Shown: piece by piece, positions 50,161 through 62,341 of the stretch | How positions within the stretch are numbered: position 1 is the stretch's first letter | Layout: every line of letters begins with the position of its first letter | From: Tubulanus polymorphus | Lineage: Eukaryota > Animalia > Nemertea | Reading direction: 5' to 3' | NCBI RefSeq assembly: GCF_964204645.1 | Contig: NC_134036.1 | Coordinates: 6,292,600 to 6,356,599 of the forward strand | DNA length: 64,000 nucleotides | Program-made: the position numbers and the translations under genes | Notes under the pieces: model-generated | What the model saw: the letters and a program-made list of their open reading frames with translations, nothing else | Told to the model about the DNA's origin: nothing | The model's database searches: none

Positions 50161-50280
50161 CTGAAATGTAACTCAAAAAACAACATTAGAACTGTTGATT
50201 TGACGCAATACATGCACATTATATTACGGTACCCGATATTGAACCACAACAAACAATTCACTCGCCAAAAAATTATTTCA

Positions 50281-50290
50281 TGTGTGTGTG

Positions 50291-50350
<60 letters not shown>

Positions 50351-50373
50351 TACGTGCGTGCGTGCGTGTGTGT
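50281..50373. repeat. (TG)n(CGTG)n microsatellite
   Basis: Direct reading. Confidence 0.97.
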
Positions 50374-50918
50374 ATAATGTTTCTTTTAATTAAGAATTAG
50401 AACGTTTCATGTATTCAATTGAGGTTGCTTTTTCCAGATCAGCGATTCTTCACGTTCTCATCGGGATCTGTTTGCTGCCGATACCTGGAGGTTGACGAGA
50501 CCCCCACTGATTCATTCGTGACCTTGTTCGATATTCCATGATATGTGAACGACAATAATGTCCAGACAGACGAAGTCCCAGCAGATAAATCCTTATATCG
50601 TCCTTACTACATCACGAGTATCCGGGTATAGCCCTCTTACGATATCCTCCAACATTAACTAATATACAGGCGGTGCTTACAAAAACGCAAAATGAGTTCT
50701 TTTTAGATAAGTTTTGATAAATAAAATAATTTTGACAATTATAGCCAGTGTCAATGACCTTGAAAATCGCTTCATTCGAAAATATTCGATGTAACCGGAC
50801 ATGATTACAGATTATACAACGCCCAGTTATAAAATGTTAGACCATTAGTGAATGGAGCTACGGTTCGAACCCCGTGTTATGTGCGGTCCACTTCTGGAAG
50901 AAAATTATTTCAATTTCA

Positions 50919-51072
50919 GCACCAAGCACAATCCTCGGGAGGCACCAAACACAACCCTCAGGAGGCACCAAACACAACCCTCAGGAGACACCAAACACAA
51001 CCCTCAGGAGGCACCAATCACAACCCTCAGGAGGCACCAAACACAACCCTCAGGAGGCGCCAAACACAATCC
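50919..51072. repeat. 23-bp minisatellite (~6.5 units)
   Basis: Unit GGCACCAAACACAACCCTCAGGA, period 23 (50941, 50964, ...). Confidence 0.95.
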
Positions 51073-54000
51073 TGATGGTATTTCTTTGAAACTAATTCTA
51101 CGTTCATAACTATTTCTTCTAGCTACTTTTGGATTTCATATAACTTCACGTCCTATATATCTACTGGACGCTTACCTCGGTTTGGGTTGGGTTGATGAGT
51201 TGCAGCACTCGGGCAGAAATACATCCAGGATGATTGATGGAGAATTGTGTGCTGACCTCTGTACCGCGGTTTTTAAACGCTGGTTTATGTTTAAACATCC
51301 TTTCAGTAAGTGACCCCCGAACCTTGACATTAAAAACAATTTACGCGCAGAATTATTTCTTTGAAACGAATGAGCAGTGATCTTATTAACCGTCACAGCT
51401 GGTGCTACGGCCTATTTTTATGTCTTTTACGCTAGATTATCGGTTTCTAGCTCATTTAAAGAGAAAAATGTCAGGGGTACTGCCACGGGGGACGGTGACG
51501 CCTGGACAAAATTTTTTGCAAAAATGGTAAATATCTTGATTGTCTGAATAGGAGGATAGAGACAGCAGGTTGATAATAACGGCGTTATAGCCACATTTCC
51601 ATAACGGATCCGTGGTTTTTTATTCATTTTTTTTAAACAGATCCAACAACCGGCTAAGTGTGGCAGATGCCTCCCTCCTGGAATTTTCGAAACGTGGCCC
51701 ATTTGCAAATATCGTCCTAGTGAACTGCCCCTTTTCAGGATACTCTAACCCCTCCCCCTCCAAAAAAAAAATCAAAAAACGAAAAAGAAAAGGCAGACAC
51801 CATTTCGATACAGACGCCTGAGAGCAAGACTGGAAATCATGGTAAGGAGTTTTCTATTTTGGGAATTTTGTTACAAAATGAATGGTAATTTTGTTAACCG
51901 TTATTATTATCATTAGAAAAGCGTCTTTTGACGTCGTCCAATCTTATTACTCGTGATTTTTATTTTGGTTTTCTGACCGCCCGGCAGAAAACCCTAATGT
52001 AATCCTCGTTATTATTTCATAACCGTTCATTCTGTTATGAATACTTATTTCTCAAAATTAGCATATTAAATGATTCCGAGGGCAGAAAACCCGTTATCAA
52101 TTATTTGCCGTTTAATTTGTCGATATAGATTTTGATATGAACGGCGCGTGTAAGTATTATTGCTCGAGTTAGTGATCTCCATTAAAGAAAAAAGCTTTCA
52201 CTTTTTTTCTTTATACGTGTTGTTGCTTAATTCAGCGGCGTAGGGATACGCACCTTATCGGTCGATGTATCCACAACGTAAGTTAAAAAGAATTGGATTT
52301 ATATTTTCCGCCTTGCTTTTCATAGGATTGGCCTAAGACATTTTTAACAGCACACTTTCAAAAACTGATCGTCTATACGTGTTCAGTACTTCGCCTGCGG
52401 TATTTTTCTATATTGAAAATGAACTACAAACACCATACATTAGACATTTTACCAGCAAACTTACCGGCAGCGGCAGCAGTAGCGGTGGCGGCAGCGGCAA
52501 CAGTAGTACCAGGCTACAGAACAATACGAACTCGCGATCCATGATTTCATGTTCGAAGTTAAAATGGTAATTAAATAGTTAAATACTAATCTTTTTATAT
52601 ATAGTTCGTCTTTTGTTTTGACCTATGTTTACGATCTTCAATCGGTAGATGGGCTGACGTTTACCGTCTTTGTACAAAACAGTTCATTCTAATTGCCCGG
52701 TTCGAGATGATTAGGTTTTAGATCGTTTTTATCGGTTTCTTCCATTAATTGTTTTCTGAAATTTTAGCTACTTTAGTTAATATAAATCGTCGCCGAACGG
52801 TTCCGGTCTACGGAAAATGTATATGATTAATTGCAATTCAGTTTTTGAGGAATCGCTTTAAATTAAGAATTTACACTAAGAATTCTCGTTTTATCGGCAA
52901 TTGTTGATAAACTGTTAATCGGAATAGTTCGTTTTTCAATCTATTTTGATTTTCGCTTTCGAATATATGCAATATACGCGGTGACCCGTACATATATTCT
53001 CTACAATCGCCTTCGCTCGATAAAGAGACGCGTGACATTATCTAGGTCACTGCGGATCGAATCGGGTTTGACGACATGATTTAACTTCCACAGACTTGTA
53101 TACAGACTCTTTTAACCGTTGACCACTAGGAGTACATGGGTAAAGGGAGATCGACTATTCGAAAAAATTCAAACCGAAAGATAAATTTTCTGCAGTACCG
53201 CTATCGAAAACAAACGTTTCGATAGATAGGCCACGGCATCTTTGTCGACTGTCTCTTTCAAAGCGGATCGTTTTAATACGAATTGAACTATCTTGTTAGA
53301 CGTTTGAGAAGACATCTTCGTGGATTTATATAGTATGCATTTTGTGAGGAAGGCAATTGTCGATGTTGTGTTTTGGAGGAATTAATTCGCTTACAGTTAT
53401 GAAACCGAGCGCATTGGTGTCGGGTGAAAATGGTTCGTACCTCGAAGCGACACGAACAGGTAAGCATTCGTTTTTCAGTCGAGGATAAAGTCGAAAAGTG
53501 GCCTTTAAAACCCACTCAATGGCAATGTTACATGGGGAATGGCAATGAAAACCTCGTGGCATGGGCAAGGTCACTTCATAGGTGACTGACCGACATACCT
53601 AATTGTCCGCTAGATGGCGAACTAGTCGATGGTGGCTGCTCTAACTGCACTGTGGCGTGCTTTGTACTGTCTTACAGTCGTTGAGATGCCCAAACACTGA
53701 TAGATGGCGGAATTTTCGGAAAATGTTTTTTTTTTCAAAAATCGTTTTTTTTCGGACCTCAGGCACTTTTTCTAAATACAGCATGGAATGGGGTTTTAAT
53801 GTTAATCGATTGGTTTCAGTTAGAATGACTATAAACTAGACGTCCTAAATCTAAGCCATGACTATGGAAACGGTCCCTGAAGTTTTCATTTTTCTTTTGA
53901 TGGGAGTGACCATCGACGTTGTAGATGCTCGAAATATGTTTTTATTGGGGGCCTCGTAATGATTTGTAATTATTTTCATTAACGAAATGTCACGTAAATC

Positions 54001-54422
54001 GCGTAAAGCTTATGAAAACAATGGACCATTTCATGAAATTGAGATATGATATTTTTACCCTAGAAAACGAGAAACCTAGAACCCTCCGCGCATTGGCAGT
54101 TCGGGTTCCTGATCTGAATGATGACTATTTAGTGTTGAGTCTATATGAAATGAGCGACTTCCACACGACGTGAAAGTATTACTTCCCATTAAAATCATTG
54201 CAGATGTTGATACCTTGATAAAATCTAGTAATCGAGTAAATTCAGTAAAGTGAGGATGTATATTGTGAAAAACATACTATCAAAGGACTGAACTAAACAT
54301 TTTTCAGAATAATGTCTAGTGTTATTCTATACGTTCTACATGACACGTTTCCACCATAAAATGAAATGGACACATCGTTTGGACTGGAAATACGACCCTG
54401 TGTTGGGTAAGACTGGGGCTAT

Positions 54423-57400
54423 TTATTTTTCCTTATGTTGCCTGCGTTTAGCTTTTTCGCGTATGGATTTCACATCGATAGTCAGTATTGTGTAAAGAAG
54501 GGGATTGAGGGACGAGTTGATCGGTAAGAAAAGAACCGCCAGCCAAGCCGCCACCTGATTCGGTATTTCTACCCGTAATACCGCGCAAAACTGAACGATA
54601 ATTAACGGCAGCCAGCAAAATAAATTACAAAGATTTATCACCAAACTCCTACGTGCCAAAATAAGTTCGGTAGGATCGATTCTATCCGAACCAGACCTGC
54701 TTCCAGATACGAGTCTGAACATTTGAACATAAGTCCCCATTATCGTAGCGAGTATGAAAGAGTTGGATAATGAAAAAATAGCGAATGAATATTCCCAGGC
54801 TTTCACATCGATTGAAATCAAATTCATAGGTAAACAAACTCCAGTAGTGCCGTAGAAATTGTTTCCAAAGTAAGGGATAGGTATAAGAGGTAACAAGGCA
54901 ATAGCACATAAAACAATCCAACATGTGCAACAAATAATGCACACATATCTAAGAGATGTAATCGGGCTTTCAGAAAATGGATTAACTATTTTTGAAAACC
55001 TATGACGCGTCATTATAAGCAAAAACATCAATGAACCTTCACACGATATAGTGACCACGACTCCAGCAAGATGACAAAACAAACTGTCAGTCCATGATTC
55101 CGAATAGAGAAAGTAAATACCTTTATAAACATAATCAGCTCCTGCGATTGAAAACAAAAATATAGACATCATAAAATCACACACAGCCACATTAATGATG
55201 ATGATGTCTGAGGATAGTTTTGAGGAGGATAATCGAATGGCTTGAATCCGAAGAGAAATAACGATTCCATTAGCGATGAGACTGAATGAAGCGATGACCC
55301 AGATGATAGCTCTGAGCACTGTGTTACCCATCAGATCAGAACAGGAGGAAAATTGATCAGCTTCAGGATGGCACTGGTCAACATTTGATGCCATGCAGCA
55401 AAATTTGTAAGCATCAGTCCTTAGGGACAATAATGACGTCAAATTGTTGAAAACATTTCTGTCGACAGAAATAACTCTGTAGTTGTTGGATATATCAAGA
55501 ATTTCAAGTGCAGTTAATCCAGAAAATGCGTAGAGCGAAATATGATTGATTCTGTTACTGCTGATATTCAACAACTGTAATGTAGATAAACCTCGAAACA
55601 CATTCTTACCGAGCACTAACAATCTCAGTCTGTGAAGGTCGAGAACTTTAAGGGACTTTAAACCTTTGAATGTATCGTCCTCTAAATGTCTTAATGGATT
55701 TTCAGTTATCAATAACACGTTCAAACTATACAAACCGGTGAATGTATTTGCAGATAATGATGTTATGTTGTTATATGTAAGGTCTAATGTATGCAGATTA
55801 TGCAGGTTTTTGAACGAGTTTGGTAAAATATGAGACAATTTATTGGAGGAGATGTTCAGCATTCGCAAATAGATATATGAATACAATGTCGACATTTCCA
55901 AGATGATATCATTATTTGACAAAATTAAAACTCGAATTGATGCCGAGAAAATACCATTAATATTTGTTAACCCAGTATTTCCACAGTCGATTAAATGGCC
56001 TTGACACTTACAGACGCTAGGACATGTTACGTTTCAGAAAGCTTCGTCATCAGTTGTATGTTTACAACTAACGACGCCATCACAAACTTCAGATTGTGGA
56101 ATACATCGATTTTCCTGACCACAGTTAAACATTCCTGGACATGAAAATGTCTCGCAATTTTGCTCATCTTCTGAATTAGGACAATCTGATAGACCATCGC
56201 ACACCTGTCTCATTGGTATACAATAGGATGCTGGACATTTTACAGTACCAGCTGGACATTCGAATTCTTCACATCTCAATACGTGCTCGAGATTTCTACA
56301 GACTGGGAATTCATTTGTCATTCTTTCTAGAATACATCTGTGACGTCTTGAATAACAATGAGGAGAATCAAATGAACATCTTTGTTCGTCAGATTCCGCG
56401 CATAGATTTGTGAAGTAAGTCATACAGTAGTTTTCATTATTACAATGGACCTTAGGGTCCACTGTAACATCAGTTGTTGTAAGTAATTCATCTTCTTCAA
56501 GGCTTCCACTACAATCCACGACACCATCCTGATACAACCGAGAACTGATACAGGCTCCACTGTTACACAGAAATCCCTGACACAGCTTAGTGTTGCATCC
56601 GATTTCGTCCGAACTGTCTTTACAACTAGTGACTCCATTACATCTGTCAGAACCACTGACACATTGACCACTTTGGCAGCGAAATTGTTCGGACAAACAC
56701 GGGGTATGAAAACACGAGTTCTCATCAGAACCATCTAAACAATCCTGAATGAAATCACAGAAACCACTTATTGATATGACCTGACCATCACTGCATTGGA
56801 ACTGACTGTGTAAATTGATATATGCACAATTCAGTTCATCTTCACCGTGCTGACAGTCTTGTCTGGTATCACACACGCGATGGTCGCTGATACATCTTTG
56901 ATCGTTACATTCAAACTGCCACGATTTACAACCGCTTATAGAAGCTAACTCTTCATCAGTTACATTGTAGGAACACAGTACAGAATGCGCTGTATCTGTC
57001 GCATTATCAAACTCTTTAATCATCCATTTAACTGATTGAATAACAATTTGGTAACAATTGGTTTTATTATTCGCCCGTGTTTCCTTAGCTCATTTATTAG
57101 AATAGCGCTAAATTGGTGCCGATAATGAAATCTATTAATCAACAGTTCAGCGTGTATCAGATCCTGTACCGTACCTATTTCACCGTGGATGTCATGACAC
57201 ATTTCTTTCGCACGCACAATGTCTAAACTTTGATTTTTGTTCCAATATGTCAATATCTGATAACATTTCCCAGTGACACTTAGCCAATCTCTTGTACAAG
57301 TAGCATTTATTGAATTATTCCATACGTGTTGTTTATTAGTTTGGGATGACGCATTATTTGTTGAATTTCGCGCCAGCTCAGTAATATATTTATTGTTGTC

Positions 57401-60400
57401 AATTCTTTCCACTTCACAAATGAAACTCGCGTGAGCCTCTTCAATCTCGCAAGGGAATCGAATCCAGTTCGCTGATCCTCGTGGATTACTCAGTATCATC
57501 GCTGTACACGGCATATTGACATCGTTTATCGGTTGTTTTCTAAGAGGAGATATCAATCCTCGAATAACTTCTGGTATCGTGTCGTTATTTGTAGGTTTAT
57601 ACCACTCTGTGTAGCTCAATGGTTTTCCATCAGTCCAAGTGTAATATCTTTGTGGTTTCATTGAGTTCAACTGCGGATAAGAAACATTGTTCATTACATG
57701 GAACAAGTCCGGAGATGCTTAATTGCTAAAACAGACAGACAATCTTATCATGTAGACACCGGTTGATTTCTTTTCGATGTCAAATAGAAACAGATCATGT
57801 ATCTATAAACGAAGCAATGAAACTTATTTCTTGCACTGGTTCGACCTCTTTTTAAAAGGAACGTACAAAAAAGTACGCTTGTGGCTCAGCCATGCATATC
57901 TTGTTCTCTTCACACATCAACATTGCATCCTCGAGCAAACCCCCAGGTCTGCTAATGTTATTTCCAAACATGCATTTCAATTATAGTTAATGAATAATTA
58001 AGCTTAAAGCTGTGGCAACACTTTAAAGACACCCGGTAAAGTACAACTCAGGTGTTACAACTTGCTATCATTTACCTCTATCTTAAGTCCAATCATCATT
58101 ACGGGCGCTTTCTGTGAATAGACCTCGTTGGTCACAGGGCTTGTAGCGAATAGTCTTTTAATAGAAATCATTTCCTGTTGTGAGTTGATACTGAGTAGAT
58201 GTCCCGCGTACTTCTGTCTACAGTACAATTCAGCATTCTCCCAATTCAGACGTTCATCTCTGATGTATTTTACGCATGCAATTCCCGAATATAGAAACCC
58301 TAATTTACAGACATTATCACGTTGTTTTACCGGTAACTGTTTTTCTAAAATGAATCGTATTTCAAACGTGGGTATTCGGTTTTTCACCTCGAACCAAAAC
58401 GAAGTACAAATAAGACTGTAAAATGTAACTCCCGGTTCAGCAAACGTATCGCATAGTTTCATTACGTGTTGGGCCTTGCTGCTGTAGTAACCTATTTCCT
58501 GGACGAACGTGACAGATTCCAGATTGAATCGGGATTCCCTGACGCACGGCGTCTTTTCCATATTTTCTATGACGAATCGGTAAAACTGAATTCGGGTTCG
58601 CGTGTATTTGAACTTAAATATGTATTCTAATGTAACAGTCGACATTCCGGCAGATCCCGGATAATTGGGAGACTGAATGATTCCACAGTCCAAATCACTT
58701 CGCCTTTTTAACGAGCTAATGAGTGTGTCATGTCTCCTCAACCTTTGGCAAATACGCCGCAATTGAACGATGAATGGGAATCTTGAAATGAAATTCGCTT
58801 CCCCGAATGTTACAGTGTGTAGTATGAGACTGTTGTTGAGACGCTGAATGCTGAGAGTCATGTATGAAATACATTCTATGGTAGGTGGCATATGATCAGG
58901 GTTGCAACGGTCAATTTCATATTCGTGCTGTGAGAATATGCGAATTCTATGCAGTGGAATTCTTCGGTTTTCGGGTGCAATCCTGAAACATCGTGACGTA
59001 TGCACTGTCACCTGGTTTTCTCCTTCCCGTAGATTGTAACCGTCACAATCAGTCGGACGTAAAATTAAAGCACCACCGCTTGTCCACGTAAGCTTAGTTC
59101 GAATGTTAGAATAGCCTACTACGATAACCGATCCGCCTGATGTAATCACACTGACGACACTTCGGTGGTAACCCCGTGAACCGGGACAATACGGACCGTA
59201 TCGTCTAGCTGTGAAATTACCACCGTCGTATATGTAAAATCCAACTCGCTCGCAGTTTTCTGACAGCACAGCGATATCAAGTTCCTTCTCATATGTTACG
59301 GTTTTCCATTTGAATTCATAAAGATTCACGAAATACTTCATCGTCCAGGTCGACAATGGAAGCAGCGAGTAAGCTCCCATCGATACATGTCGTTTTCGAT
59401 ATATCTAAATATATAAGATTCAAGGGAAAGATTTATTCATTTTTTCAATGCAAAATACCTCGCAAGAGTTAAAATCCGATGAAATCCATAATTTTGTATT
59501 TACCCGTCGTTTATGAATGTGAAGTTCTGACATCGATATTGATTTCATTCTGAACTCAATTCTGAAATTCGTTTCTGTGATTTTCGGTATCGTTAGAACG
59601 CACAGTATGACGAGAAAGCCGTCAGATTTGACATTCAGCGATTTCAGGTAGTTGTAACCGAGTAAAATATCAGTTCCTACAACGCGTAACCCTTCTAGTT
59701 TATATACTCCAATGACGTCACCGGACGTGACGAGATCACGTGTCCAGTTGAAGATGACGTACTGTAACACCTGCACGGTGATAGACCAGCAGTGTAAGTG
59801 TTTTGATCGAGTTATTACGTGTAAACTGTTGTCATCGGGAATGAGCACTCCCGACTCGTTATTAGAGATCTGAATCAACGGATTAGAGACGCTCCAATCT
59901 GATATTTTGTATATCTGAACTAAAAGTTTACTCGTTGTTTTGTGGTGATATGTGGAAGAAATCATCGCCTTGTTAGTTTTCGCATAAAACGATGACGGCT
60001 GTTGTCCGCGTTGTACGCCTATAATCGCTATTGGTTCACTGTTGGTGTTCCAGCCATCATAGATTCGAAAACTCGCCGCTGGATCGATATCACCGTTGTG
60101 CCATGAATTTAGGTCGACAAATGTAAAATTCATCCCTAAACCAACCGGGAGGGCGTCCCATTTTATGAACACATGACACTTTCTGCGATTCCAGAACATT
60201 TCGAATTTGTATCCGGTTGATAGGTGTAATTCATTCATTTTAAAGGACCATCGTCCACAGTTGTGACTGATTTTTATTTGGCTCCGCTCATAACGATATA
60301 TGATATAAATCCGACTACCTCGCGCACCATCGACGTTATTCCTAAACATCAACGAGATCGAATCGTTACGAACAACGTCGTATTTCCCTTCGCCACAGAA

Positions 60401-60727
60401 GGTTTTACCATCAACGAATTGATAGTTATCTATACAGAATATTGACGGCTCGATGTCGTAGTGAACTTGGACGTGAAAAGTTCCCGGTAAAGAGCTGTTG
60501 ATGTACCAACGACATTCAACACCGCGCGTCAACGACGGGTAATTCGGTGAAACGATGTAACCGGACGTAGAATCTAGCGGGTACCACGTGTTGTTACAAG
60601 ACGAACTTACCGTCACAGACGATTCCTCGATAGAGTCTGCGCGATCAGCGCGCGCGATGCGAACTTGACAGACGATCAGCGACGATATAAACAGCGCTCT
60701 CAGTCGCTGCTCCATACCGAACAACAT
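54423..60727 (-). pseudogene. GRL101-like (LGR type C) giant GPCR: signal peptide, CUB-like domains, C-type lectin domains, ~7 LDLa, LRRNT/LRR, 7TM; ~1,950 codons in 3 exons; two apparent lesions
   Basis: Exons 60727-59459, 59404-58076 and 57670-54423 are joined by phase-0 GT-AG introns of 54 and 405 bp. Motifs: CUB SGYIVSPNYP / CGIIQSPNYP; CTL LNWENAELYC...LLSINS...WTDG; LDLa CD..DC.DGSDE..C; hinge FCC...FSSCSDLM; TM7 NSSLNPLLY. There is a frameshift in ~57030-57092 and an in-frame TGA at 56034-56036. Confidence 0.85.
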
Positions 60728-61032
60728 CACTGCGACAGAATGAAGGGGATTCTTCAAGTTTCGAAAATTCGTTTATTGGTCGGATCAGGATCCGTTCTCA
60801 TCCAATCAGAAAAATTCACTCCGCCGAGTTGAAAATTCTTAAAATATTTTCAGAAAAATACACACGCTTGAAATTCAACCAAAGAAAAAATTATGCAACA
60901 GCATCCAGAATTCCATCTTTTCATTTTTCGCAATTTCGTATTCTTATGTTTGATTCGTTCGAATATTATATTTCTCGTTACTATATGTTGTGTTCGTAAA
61001 GTCGTTATACGTCATACTCTCGAAACAACGAT

Positions 61033-61143
61033 GCCCCGTTTTATAGACCAGTACAAACTTTAACCCGGGGTAACTTGATTCATTTTCAATTGAGTTAGCC
61101 CCCGGGTTAAAGATAATACCAGTCTATATATAAAACCGGGCCC
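61033..61143. mobile_element. Short palindromic Harbinger-like MITE remnant upstream of the GPCR
   Basis: GCCCCGTTTTATA...CTTTAACCCGGGG...CCCCGGGTTAAAG...TATAAAACCGGGCCC nested inverted repeats. Confidence 0.55.
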
Positions 61144-62088
61144 AGAATTTATCTGAGCAGGAAAAAAAATCGAACATTCTTGTTCGATTCACCGATTCGA
61201 TTCACCGATTCCGTAGACCTTTACCCGCAGATCTGTAGATAAAGCCTAACTGTATTCCTTCATATTGATTACGAACGTTAATAATAATAATAATAATAAT
61301 AAGTTTATTTCTTCACTAAAGAGATACAATACAGAAATACAGTCATCACTATTACATAAAAGAAAAGTTACAGAAAGTACTTCTACACTGGAAAGCGTAG
61401 TAAAGAAAAAGGACAAAAGGGACCCCAAAGGGGGGTATACTTTTAATGAAAAAAAGCCTAATGCCCTGGCGGAATGGATGGACATGATGTTAAACACAAG
61501 TATGATAAGTATTAATACAATCCTATTATATGTCTTTTCAAATTCCGCTTGAATATATCGATGTTGGATGCTTGCTGAAGTTCAGTTGGAAGAGAATTCC
61601 AGATATGTATATATGTATTCTCAAAACTCAATCACTGATATTCGATTAAAAATGAATTTCTTTTTCATTCCAACTCTGATCAATTCCGAGTCTAGAACTG
61701 CGTATACTGGGAACGTGTTTTTTTTTCTCTCTCGAAAAATCCATCGATATCAAGACCGCTGTTGATTTGACTAACATTCAGATTATGAAACGTGAATCAA
61801 ACTCGATATCATTGAACGCAAATCTCTTGAGCCATATCGAGTCTCGTTAGAGCCTCTTAAAAGCGATTTGAATTTGAAAATCTGGCGCATACCATATCCT
61901 GTATGTTTTTTGAGAAATCTCCCTAAGCGTCGCGTATTAAGGGTTTGATCCCCTTTTTGTCTCATAGGAATTTATTCAAACCAATTACTGTTCATTATCT
62001 GAACGGTCCGCAAACATCGATATCGAATTTTAAAATTCGAAATTCGGACAGAATTAACGACGGATTAAAAATTTCGCAATGACAAATA

Positions 62089-62089
62089 A

Positions 62090-62178
<89 letters not shown>
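62089..62178. repeat. (TA)n microsatellite
   Basis: Direct reading. Confidence 0.97.
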
Positions 62179-62180
<2 letters not shown>

Positions 62181-62341
62181 CATACTTATGCCTTGTGATA
62201 GAAAAAAAACAAAAACAATAACAATATTCGTTTGAAAATAAAGATTTCTCGTCGACAAAATCTGGAGATTCCATTGGGCCTAGCTGCACAGTCGTGACTT
62301 AAGGCCGAAATTGGTCTTACATCTTTAAACACGGAACGAGT

